Assembly (NCBI GenBank): GCA_016840065.1
Contig: JAEOTB010000031.1
Coordinates: 1 to 29,041, forward strand
Source: Candidatus Hermodarchaeota archaeon
GTDB taxonomy: Archaea; Asgardarchaeota; Hermodarchaeia; Hermodarchaeales; Hermodarchaeaceae
Length of the DNA stretch: 29,041 nt
Direction: 5' to 3'
Below the pieces are notes generated by a model that saw nothing but the letters and a program-made list of their open reading frames with translations, ran no database searches and was not told where the DNA came from. Below, one piece after another: positions 17,327-24,926 of this stretch; the first letter of the stretch is position 1, and each line of letters opens with the position of its first letter. The position numbers and the translations under genes are program-made.

Positions 17327-18168
17327 TGTTTGAGCCTCCGTTGAATCTCTTTGAATAGGTCTTGGAATTTAGATTTCCACTCTGTCATCTGTGTGACAAA
17401 GGGGATGCCTTCTGAGAAGAGTTCAGCGATTTCGCGGCTGTTTGGAATCTCCATCAAGATGGGGATTTTCTCCTTCTCACAATAGGAATAGACTTGTCGG
17501 TCTCCGATGCCTGCCCGGTTAACTATGACTCCTAGGGGGATTTTCAGTCGACGTATAACCTCCACTGCAAGCCTGAGATCATGTAGCCCAAAGGGAGTCG
17601 GTTCGGTGACTAGTAGGCAGAAATCACTTCCGTGAACGGATTCGACTAGTTGACAGGAAACGCCTGGTGGACAGTCGATGATGGTAGTTTCCTTGTCCTT
17701 TTGAGCCGCTGCTTTAACGGCCTTGATGACCGGTACTACAAGGGCTTCCCCGACATCAAGTTGACCATAGATGATGTCGACACCCTGAGGAGTCGTTCCG
17801 TGTTGGGTCACCCCAATTTGCCGGTCCTCCTCCTCGATTGCCTTGCTGGGGCAAATAATGACACAGCCGGCACAACCATAGCAGAGTTCTGGGAAGAAGG
17901 TGATTCCTTTTTCACTGACGAAAATCGCGTGGTTGGCACAGAACTTTGCGCATTCCTTTGATCTTTCACACTTTGATTCGTCAAAACTTGGTACCATAGT
18001 GGTGACCGGTTTCGTTTCAGAGACCTCGAGTGGGAGTAGGGTATGAACATTGGGTTCATCAGCATCACAATCAAGCAGCTGCACCTGCGTTTCCAGTGAA
18101 AGTGCCAGATTTACAGCCACTGTTGTCTTGCCAGTTCCTCCTTTTCCACTTGCGACAGCTATTAGCAC
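17323..18168 (-). CDS. MinD-superfamily P-loop ATPase with inserted ferredoxin domain (COG1149), copy 1
   Basis: SGKGGTGKT, DCDADEPN, CERSKECAKFC, CYGCAGCVIICP, DCPPGVSC, VTEPTPFGLHDL; ATGA overlap with the next gene. Confidence 0.92.
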   Translation of the reverse strand: MLIAVASGKGGTGKTTVAVNLALSLETQVQLLDCDADEPNVHTLLPLEVSETKPVTTMVPSFDESKCERSKECAKFCANHAIFVSEKGITFFPELCYGCAGCVIICPSKAIEEEDRQIGVTQHGTTPQGVDIIYGQLDVGEALVVPVIKAVKAAAQKDKETTIIDCPPGVSCQLVESVHGSDFCLLVTEPTPFGLHDLRLAVEVIRRLKIPLGVIVNRAGIGDRQVYSYCEKEKIPILMEIPNSREIAELFSEGIPFVTQMTEWKSKFQDLFKEIQRRLKQ

Positions 18169-18226
18169 ATCATATCCTCCATGACCTGTACCGCACCTTG
18201 AATTCTATCACCGAATTCCTGCTTCC

Positions 18227-18601
18227 CTATTTGTGCCGGGCTTCGCGGCATCCCTCAGTTAGTTCCCTTAACTCGTTTCGAATGAAGGCGCTGAGAACTT
18301 CTCCAAGTGTGTTAGCGTTTGTCTGTAGTACAGCAACACCTGCTGCTTGGAAGAGCCTGATAGCTCTTGGTCCCATACCAACGGTTATTATGGCATCCGG
18401 TTTGAAGCTTATTAGGAGATCAGGAGGTCGTTCTTCTCCTCCGAAATGTGTGCTTATATTGGCCTTGAAGTCTAGCCGTTGAAGTCCTTCTTCTGATTCG
18501 ATCTCTGCGATGGCAAAGTAGGGGGCTCGTCCAAAGTGGGGAGATACTGGGCTAGTCTCTCCCATCTTTTCTAGAACTGGTACTATGATTCGTTCAACCA
18601 T
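18227..18601 (-). CDS. NifB/NifX-family (dinitrogenase FeMo-cofactor domain) protein
   Basis: SPHFGRAPYF, GMGPRA..LF...GV. The ATG at 18601 is preceded by AGGTGA; the track start is 18610. Confidence 0.88.
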   Translation of the reverse strand: MVERIIVPVLEKMGETSPVSPHFGRAPYFAIAEIESEEGLQRLDFKANISTHFGGEERPPDLLISFKPDAIITVGMGPRAIRLFQAAGVAVLQTNANTLGEVLSAFIRNELRELTEGCREARHK

Positions 18602-18624
18602 GTTAATCACCTAGTTACTATTTT

Positions 18625-19035
18625 CTATCTTTGTCCTCTGCGGCCCATTCCACGACCCGTCCCTCGTCCACCACCCATACCAGAATGTGATGGGGCTGTC
18701 GCAGACGATGTGGGGGTCAGCTGACCTGAATTGAACATTTCGATTGCTGATTTTACAGTGCCACTGATTCCAACGAAGACCGTGATTCCAGCAGCTGCTA
18801 GAGCATTATAGGCATTTGGTCCAACATTTCCGGTCAGCACTGCTTTGCAGCCTTGTTCTGCGATGAATTGAGCGGCGTGGATTCCTGCTCCACCGCTTGC
18901 CATCGTACCTGGGTTCATTGCAGCTTCGAAAGCAAGTGTTTTCGAATCTACGATAATGAAGTTGGCACATCGTCCGAATCGTGGATCGATTAGTGAGTCC
19001 AATGTGGGAGCTTGTGCTGTTACGCATATTTTCAT
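18625..19035 (-). CDS. NifB/NifX-family (ORP-like) protein with Gly/Arg-rich tail
   Basis: DPRFGRC..F, GAGIHAAQ, TGNVGPNA, tail SHSGMGGGRGTGRGMGRRG. Confidence 0.92.
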   Translation of the reverse strand: MKICVTAQAPTLDSLIDPRFGRCANFIIVDSKTLAFEAAMNPGTMASGGAGIHAAQFIAEQGCKAVLTGNVGPNAYNALAAAGITVFVGISGTVKSAIEMFNSGQLTPTSSATAPSHSGMGGGRGTGRGMGRRGQR

Positions 19036-19046
19036 GTTTTTTCCTC

Positions 19047-19478
19047 CTAAGGAGTTGTATCATTCTTAGGGTGTGCCAAGCGGTGCAAGTTGGGGCTTTG
19101 GCATTGTGGGCAGTGTTGGGGGCGTCCCGTTCCGAAAGGTTCGTCCCAGTGGTGTTGACACCTGAAGCATTCGAAGAATCGTTTTGAGGGGAGTTCGTAG
19201 GTTCCACCTTCTATTCGTATCGATTTGCCATTGGCCAGAGCATCTGCTACCTTGCTCCGGGCGGTGCGAAGAATCCTGTGCAGGGTGGGCTGGGAGACTC
19301 CTAGTCGTTTTGCTGTTTCTTCTTGAGTTAGTCTTTTGTGGTCTGCGAGTCGGAGTGCTTCTAACTCGTCGATGGTGATTACTACCTCTTCTAGGGCAGC
19401 GAGTGGGATTCCTCTGGGTTTGTAGTAGGTTGCCCGTGGTTCTTCGCTGACAAACCGGTGTTTTCTTGGTCTTGGCAC
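19047..19478 (-). CDS. DUF134 (UPF0251) HTH DNA-binding protein with C-terminal zinc ribbon, copy 2
   Basis: MPRPRK.R.V, YKPRGIP, DELEALRLAD...LTQEE.A..LGVSQPT, IRIEGG, CFRC.H.W..PFG...CPQC. Confidence 0.92.
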   Translation of the reverse strand: MPRPRKHRFVSEEPRATYYKPRGIPLAALEEVVITIDELEALRLADHKRLTQEETAKRLGVSQPTLHRILRTARSKVADALANGKSIRIEGGTYELPSKRFFECFRCQHHWDEPFGTGRPQHCPQCQSPNLHRLAHPKNDTTP

Positions 19479-19500
19479 GTTATGAATATATATTCATAAC
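19479..19500. promoter_or_regulatory. Perfect 22-bp palindromic operator between the TATA box and the start codon of DUF134 copy 2
   Basis: GTTATGAATAT|ATATTCATAAC. On the minus strand, GAAAGGTTTAAAT (BRE/TATA) lies just upstream and the GTG start immediately downstream. Confidence 0.8.
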
Positions 19501-19593
19501 TCATTTAAACCTTTCCCAACAACAAAACAGGAAGGGAGGTTCAAACACTCACATTCTTTTTATCAGCCCTCGTCTAACTATTGTGGGAATAAA

Positions 19594-20118
19594 ATGAACC
19601 CGAAAACTCTACGTACTTTTCAACGAGAGAAACTAGATGAAATCACCTCCTTCTGGGCAACTCAAAAAACCCGAAAGACGACGGGAAGGATGAATGCGAT
19701 TTGTCTTTTCACAGGCCCATCGAGAACAGGGAAAACCATGGCAGCACAGGTTCTGGCGAAAAGGCTAGATATGCCGATGTACCGAATCGACTTGTCTGCG
19801 GTTGTTAGCAAGTACATTGGTGAGACGGAAAAAAACCTGAAGCGACTATTTGATGCTGCTGAAGTTTCTGACGTTATTCTTCTCTTCGATGAAGCTGATG
19901 CTCTCTTTGGGAAACGAACCGAAGTTAGAGACGCTCACGACCGTTATGGGAACCTCTCCATTCATTATCTCTTAGAAAGGATGGAACGCTCAAGGGGATT
20001 TGTAATATTAGCAGTACAGAGAAAGGATACCATTGATCCTGCTTTTCTTAGAAGAACCCGTTTTACCATCAAGTTCCCCTATGCTCATCTCAGGAAGGAG
20101 AAGGACGACGAAGACTAG
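19594..20118 (+). CDS. Short single-domain AAA+ ATPase resembling the C-terminal domain of the Afp15/Pvc15 (eCIS-associated) ATPase family
   Basis: Walker A GPSRTGKT, YRIDLSAVVSKYIGETEKNL, Walker B LLFDEADALFGKRTEVRDAHDRY.N, DPAFLRR. Confidence 0.85.
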   Translation: MNPKTLRTFQREKLDEITSFWATQKTRKTTGRMNAICLFTGPSRTGKTMAAQVLAKRLDMPMYRIDLSAVVSKYIGETEKNLKRLFDAAEVSDVILLFDEADALFGKRTEVRDAHDRYGNLSIHYLLERMERSRGFVILAVQRKDTIDPAFLRRTRFTIKFPYAHLRKEKDDED

Positions 20119-20891
20119 TGAGGGAACGTGTCTTGAGTATTGAAGTCGAGTATGGTCCGAAGAAGCTCCCACCCCTGCTATGTGGTTCAAGCCCCTTCAT
20201 GGGTGCAGGGCAGTTTGGGGGGAGTGGTGCGGCTTGGTATCACAAGTTCTTCAATCACCCTGAGAGGATGGCAGAGTTCTTCAGCTATTTCTGCGAGTTA
20301 GGATTTCCGGGAGCCCACATCATCGCTTATCCTAGCATAATAGAAGCAGCACGCCTTACTAAGGAATCGTATCCGCTCAAGGTAACTGCGTCTTTGCTTC
20401 CTGATGATTGGATGGAGAATTTTGAGGATGTGGCAGCCCTCAAACCCGAAGTGGTTTACGTGCATGGATCCATGACAGACGAGTTCCTTAACCGCCGAGT
20501 TGATAGGCTTCGGGAATGCCTTCAAGCAATTCGTGACATAGGAGCATTTCCTGGAATGGCAACTCATGAAACCTATCAGACACTTCAAGCTCTACAAAGT
20601 GAGAATCACCAGCTTGGAAAGGAATCCTTCGGTTTACTGCTACCTATCAATCATCTAGGATGGGCAATTGGAGGACCCTTGACCGAGGTTGTTGACTTGT
20701 TGGGAAAGACAGACAGTAGCAGACACCCAGTTGCTGGGATGAAGATTCTTGCGGCGGGGCGGCTAAAACCCGAAGAGGCATTAAGGTTTGCATTTCAGGT
20801 AGCAAAGGTAAAGGTTGCCGCCGTAGGTGTTGTCGCGAAGGAGCAAGCAGAGGAACTCTCAGCCATTTGTCAGACACTATCGAGTGAGTGA
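20118..20891 (+). CDS. Aldo/keto-reductase-like TIM-barrel protein, uncharacterised archaeal type
   Basis: GSSPFMGAGQFG, VHGS..D, GMATH, LPIN..G, GMKILAAGRLKPEEAL; 1-nt overlap (TAGTG) with the ATPase gene. Confidence 0.7.
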   Translation: MRERVLSIEVEYGPKKLPPLLCGSSPFMGAGQFGGSGAAWYHKFFNHPERMAEFFSYFCELGFPGAHIIAYPSIIEAARLTKESYPLKVTASLLPDDWMENFEDVAALKPEVVYVHGSMTDEFLNRRVDRLRECLQAIRDIGAFPGMATHETYQTLQALQSENHQLGKESFGLLLPINHLGWAIGGPLTEVVDLLGKTDSSRHPVAGMKILAAGRLKPEEALRFAFQVAKVKVAAVGVVAKEQAEELSAICQTLSSE

Positions 20892-20917
20892 TTTCTTAGG
20901 CGAAGGTAATGTATTCC

Positions 20918-21517
20918 TTAAGGTAGTGTCTGCAGTATGAAGGCAATAACTGCGATGATGATTGCTACGACTATGATAACACCAAGGAGGATTGTAATTA
21001 TTTTCCGTTGCCGCTGTTCTTTCCTTCTCAGTTCTTTCCAGTAACCGCGGGGTGCTTTGGGAGCTGCCTTTAGGGCTGCGCGCTGTTTCGATTTATAATG
21101 TAGGGTCAGGGCAATTGCGATACCAGGCCAGAATAACCAAAACACAAGGCCACAGATGGGAAGCAGCAGCCAAGGAGAATAGAGGATGATCAGGAATATG
21201 CCGATGAGGCTGAAGACGATATAGGCAAAGATAAGCCAACCTCCGCCATCACCCTCCAACCAATGCCTGTCGAATTCGGGTTTAACCTTACCCTGCTCTT
21301 CTGCAAGGCGAATCATCTTCTTCTTATGCGAACCTAGATGCCCGTCAAGGAAAAGGGGAAGAAACATGCTGAAGAAGAACCCACCAACAACGACTCCCAT
21401 GAGTAGGAACATGTAGAGGGTTTCTGGGGTCAATGGTTGGGCTAGGTGTTTTACAGAGAGTAGAACTGAAACTAGTTGGTGTAATTCCATCACTTTGAGG
21501 ACCTCCTTTCCACTCAA
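20918..21517 (-). CDS. Membrane protein of unknown function
   Basis: About 4 hydrophobic segments with basic loops; the start is uncertain. Confidence 0.65.
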   Translation of the reverse strand: MSGKEVLKVMELHQLVSVLLSVKHLAQPLTPETLYMFLLMGVVVGGFFFSMFLPLFLDGHLGSHKKKMIRLAEEQGKVKPEFDRHWLEGDGGGWLIFAYIVFSLIGIFLIILYSPWLLLPICGLVFWLFWPGIAIALTLHYKSKQRAALKAAPKAPRGYWKELRRKEQRQRKIITILLGVIIVVAIIIAVIAFILQTLP

Positions 21518-21583
21518 TCCTGAAGTAGAACTGTCCCTGTATTTATATTGTCACATCGATTCTCCTTGAGGGACGTGAATATT

Positions 21584-22198
21584 CTAGCTGGAGGTTTTGT
21601 CTTGGCTCCGTTTTCTTATCTTTGGAAAGAGTGCTCCAGTGCGTTGCTGATATTCACGGTAGGCATCGCCAAATCGTTTTACCAAATCCTTCTCCTCGTA
21701 GTGAATCATGATTGGTGTGTATATGATAATGAAGAGGGTGGTCCAAATGACTAGGAATAGCGAATTGAGGAATAATGCACAGACCACAAACCATGGGAAT
21801 TCGCCAAGTGTTTGTGGGTGGCGGATATGTTTGTAGATGCCTCCGTACATCTTTGTCTCTGTTGAAGGCGTCATGCTTTCGCTGCCTGCGGCTTTAATTC
21901 CCAATATCCACACAACTGTACAGGGAATGAGTATGATTACCCCAATAGTGATGCCCACCCAGGGGTTTAGGTGAACCAGCCAGACTAGTTCTGGAATTGG
22001 AAACCAAATCCATAGAATGAGGTTAAGGAGCATCACTAGCATGAAGACTGCTGAGATGCTTCGGAATCTCTGACACTCTTTCCATGCCTTTGCACCCCGT
22101 TTCTCCGCGCGGGTTGCAGGCATAACACTGAGAGTGTATAGGTAACAAAACAGGAGAGTCGCGATATGTAGTATTAGGAGATTTAACCATTCAATCAA
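21584..22198 (-). CDS. Isoprenylcysteine carboxyl methyltransferase / PEMT (Ste14-like) family membrane methyltransferase
   Basis: GGIYKHIRHPQ, EE..L..RFG.AY..YQ.RT..LFP; several TM helices. Confidence 0.85.
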   Translation of the reverse strand: MIEWLNLLILHIATLLFCYLYTLSVMPATRAEKRGAKAWKECQRFRSISAVFMLVMLLNLILWIWFPIPELVWLVHLNPWVGITIGVIILIPCTVVWILGIKAAGSESMTPSTETKMYGGIYKHIRHPQTLGEFPWFVVCALFLNSLFLVIWTTLFIIIYTPIMIHYEEKDLVKRFGDAYREYQQRTGALFPKIRKRSQDKTSS

Positions 22199-22314
22199 TT
22201 TCAGTCACTCTTTGAGATTTGCTAAATACTAAGTTAGTTAAAATGAAAGCTCCTTTTCAAAAAAGCTGTCAAAATTCTCTAATGGAGACGATATTACAGA
22301 AGAGGAAAGAATCA

Positions 22315-22617
22315 CTAGCCTGTTTCCTTTTGGGCCTGCTCTGTGGTTGTTTGTGTAGTTGGTAAGGGGCAGGCCTCTTGATCTGCTTTGATTCCTCTTA
22401 CTGTTTGTCCGATGAGGAAATGCCATGTAAGCAAGCCAAGATTGTTGAATAGGGATTCGAAGAAAAAGTCCCAAGTAATGGGGCCTCTACCAAGTTGCAC
22501 TTCAAATGCTTTCTTCAAGGCGATAAGCCGGTGTTTGGTGTGTACTGTGACTCCGATGGCTGTCCAGCCTTTTCGCCTCTCGGTGCTTGAGGTGCTTCGG
22601 CTTCCACTTTTTGGCAC
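22315..22617 (-). CDS. Small putative ribbon-helix-helix DNA-binding protein
   Basis: GTG start with GGAGG SD; TAIGVTVHTKHRLIALK...ITWDFFFESL matches a strand-helix-helix pattern. Confidence 0.5.
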   Translation of the reverse strand: MPKSGSRSTSSTERRKGWTAIGVTVHTKHRLIALKKAFEVQLGRGPITWDFFFESLFNNLGLLTWHFLIGQTVRGIKADQEACPLPTTQTTTEQAQKETG

Positions 22618-22809
22618 GTTGTGTCCTCCGTTGCCCTCCGTAATCTGGTCTCAACCCTTAAATTTGTACCTGAAGAATATGTCGGAACAAATCCCTATTT
22701 ATCGAAATAAAGCCATAAATGGTATTATTCTCTTTTTAGAGAGGTATTACCTCATCTAATAATGATTTTCGTCTTTAATTCGCCGAATTCGAGAATATTC
22801 TGATGCCGT

Positions 22810-23040
22810 CTAGTACTTCTTCTTGAGGAGGTGCCGTGTCTTATGTCGGCTTCGGAAGAAGCGTTCTTCTGCTCGTTGTCGGGCACTTTCAGCCTTGATC
22901 TTGTGAATGTCAGGCGCTACACTGGTCCTGTTCCCTCGCAAAGCGGCAATATAGACTTCCCACTGTTGCCCCGCTTCGGCACGACCAGTAGACCTATGTT
23001 TTCCGTTCCGTTCTACCGTAAATTTACTATGTACTCCCAT
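22810..23040 (-). CDS. Small basic hypothetical protein
   Basis: ATG at 23040 is preceded by TGAGGT; 76 aa, Arg/Lys-rich. The track start is 23082. Confidence 0.5.
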   Translation of the reverse strand: MGVHSKFTVERNGKHRSTGRAEAGQQWEVYIAALRGNRTSVAPDIHKIKAESARQRAEERFFRSRHKTRHLLKKKY

Positions 23041-23082
23041 AATTACCTCAAGATGAAAATATAAGCAGAATCTTAAAAACAT

Positions 23083-23724
23083 ATGCGTAGAGTGATGCTA
23101 AACGGTTACACAGAGAAGAAAAGAGCCGTTATTCTATATGGAATGCAGGTGCAGGTTGTGAAGGTAAAAATCCTAGCAGAAGGGTTGAAGACCTTAGCAG
23201 AGGAGATGGGGTTGGAGGGGTGGAGGGAGTTCCGAACCCCTGACAGAACCCGAATAGATTTCGCCTTCACCAAAGGCTCGGAGCGACTTCTCGCTGTGGA
23301 GTTCGAGAGAAGCCGGAAGTGGTTATTCGCGCGAGTTCTCTACAACGCGGTGAAGGCACAGCGAGCTGAATTCCCCATCATCCTATTTGTATATCCATTC
23401 TATGACCTGCCCAGAGCAGGAAGATCCTGGGTCCCCAAATACGTCGAGGATCATCTTGGACTACGTCTTGGTCTTTGCCATCCTAGGGATTGCGACCGAG
23501 CGGCAAGAGCTTTACTCTGCGAACAGCTGGGTCTTCCAACCTCTTCTGATATTTCAGAAACAGACAGAGTCATAACTAAAGCCCCAGAAGTTGTGGTACC
23601 AGCATCACCATCATTAACAGTGGGGGCAGAAGCTTGGAAACAAGCCTCCCAGAAAAGAAGTAGTTCCAAACGAGTTACGAGAAAACGGAGCACTTCTCGA
23701 AGGAAAACGAAGAAAAAAACCTGA
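23083..23724 (+). CDS. PD-(D/E)XK-like (restriction-endonuclease fold) protein with basic C-terminal tail
   Basis: REF....TRIDFAF......LAVEFERS. The likely true start is ATG 23143. Tail KRSSSKRVTRKRSTSRRKTKKKT. Confidence 0.6.
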   Translation: MRRVMLNGYTEKKRAVILYGMQVQVVKVKILAEGLKTLAEEMGLEGWREFRTPDRTRIDFAFTKGSERLLAVEFERSRKWLFARVLYNAVKAQRAEFPIILFVYPFYDLPRAGRSWVPKYVEDHLGLRLGLCHPRDCDRAARALLCEQLGLPTSSDISETDRVITKAPEVVVPASPSLTVGAEAWKQASQKRSSSKRVTRKRSTSRRKTKKKT

Positions 23725-23803
23725 ATCTGCTTCAGAGATTTTACCGTAAGCCTTATGCCCTTTGAGCGTTATTTCGTAGTCAGTCGGAAGTTGGTGAATC
23801 GAA

Positions 23804-24328
23804 GTGCCTTCAATATCGCCTGAAAGTTACAAGCCAGATGAGATACTCGAGCTTGTCGAAATGAAACAGAGAAACCAGTTAGAGATTACAAAATGCGATA
23901 AGATTGGTGATGCGTTCAACTTCGATTGTCCGTCATGTCGTCGAGCTACTGCAGTTCCATCAGAGATATACAGGGAAGAAGTGGAAAGGGAGAAAATAGG
24001 GATTGTACCAACCGATAAGGCGCTCCGCCCAACTGGCTGGCTACTCATCCTTATTGGAATCTTGATTGCGCCACCCATCATCTTCTTTGTGGGATGGATT
24101 CTTGCTGGCGGAGGTCTTGGCCCAGTTATTCTAGCGGTTACTTTTCTTGGTGTGGGCGGGGCGATAGGTTTGGCACTCTTATTGTATGTGTTGATTGGTG
24201 TTTTCAGTTTCTGGTTTCTAGCACGTAAAATGAGAATTTGGCTTGTGCCTTGTGTCAACTGTGGGCAAAAAATCTGTATCATGTTCTCATCAGGTAAAGC
24301 TTACTTGCTTAGGAAGAAGCAGGAGTAA
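23804..24328 (+). CDS. Membrane protein with two CxxC motifs flanking a TM hairpin
   Basis: FDCPSC, two long hydrophobic helices, VPCVNCG; GTG start with GGTGA SD. Confidence 0.7.
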   Translation: MPSISPESYKPDEILELVEMKQRNQLEITKCDKIGDAFNFDCPSCRRATAVPSEIYREEVEREKIGIVPTDKALRPTGWLLILIGILIAPPIIFFVGWILAGGGLGPVILAVTFLGVGGAIGLALLLYVLIGVFSFWFLARKMRIWLVPCVNCGQKICIMFSSGKAYLLRKKQE

Positions 24329-24920
24329 CCTTTCTTACCGTCTTGAGACCGAGCCTAAACGCCTTTAGGTTAACCTCTTTCAATCTGCGAATCTGGGAGG
24401 AGATTACCTGTTCGAGTTCTTTTGAAGTCAGTGGAGTCAATTGAGATCCAATTAGAGCACCGACCATCACCGTGTTCATCACTAGGGGCGAGCCGGTCTT
24501 GGTTGCCAGTTCAACCGCGTCGAGGATGTAAAGATCTTTGCAAAGCCTTCCTAGTTTTGTTTCTATCTCGGTGATTGATGGGTATTCGAGTTCGCCTGCT
24601 AGAACTTCTGCAGGATAGATTGGGTGTGTGTTCATGATAACTGAAGCACGGGGGTTCAGGTAGGAGGCTCCTACGCGGAGTGCTTCTGCTGGTTCAAAGC
24701 CGAGAAGTATGTGAGCTGAGTGCTGGGGGATGAGAGGTCCGACCTCTTTTTGACTGATTCTCAAGTGTGACATCACACAGCCTCCCCTTTGTGCTGCACC
24801 ATAGGTTTCACCTACTGCGACGTAGAATCCCTTTGTGAGTGCGGCTAAAGCTATGAGGCGTGATGAGAAGAGGTTGCCTTGCCCTCCGACGCCAGCGATA
24901 ATTATGTTGATTGTTTTCAG
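24309..24920 (-). CDS. iorB: Indolepyruvate:ferredoxin oxidoreductase beta subunit (probable CTG start)
   Basis: The frame is open upstream of the track ORF and encodes KTINIIIAGVGGQG...GETYGAAQRGGCVMSH, then EPAEALR, N.VMVGAL, VNLKAF..G. The only plausible start is CTG at 24920, 6 nt after GAGGTGA. Confidence 0.88.
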   Translation of the reverse strand: MKTINIIIAGVGGQGNLFSSRLIALAALTKGFYVAVGETYGAAQRGGCVMSHLRISQKEVGPLIPQHSAHILLGFEPAEALRVGASYLNPRASVIMNTHPIYPAEVLAGELEYPSITEIETKLGRLCKDLYILDAVELATKTGSPLVMNTVMVGALIGSQLTPLTSKELEQVISSQIRRLKEVNLKAFRLGLKTVRKVTPASS

Positions 24921-24926
24921 TTTTGC

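Noticed and set aside
16451-18168. Calling the two P-loop ATPases CooC or cell-division MinD
   Set aside because: They carry inserted ferredoxin motifs and DxPPG..C / EPT signatures of COG1149, not the CooC CxC Ni-binding motif.
18227-19035. Nitrogen fixation suggested by NifB/NifX-like domains and a homocitrate-synthase-like gene
   Set aside because: No nifH/D/K/E/N in the window; these small domains are common in non-diazotrophic anaerobes.
21584-22198. Eukaryote-like protein prenylation pathway (ICMT + GGPP synthase + prenol kinases)
   Set aside because: The ICMT/PEMT-like family is widespread in prokaryotes, the gene is about 14 kb from the isoprenoid genes, and no protein prenyltransferase or CaaX protease is present.
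22388-22759. 123-aa plus-strand ORF, and 22238..22474(-)
   Set aside because: They overlap the better-supported 22315..22617 ORF, which has an SD and an RHH-like pattern, and show no motifs.
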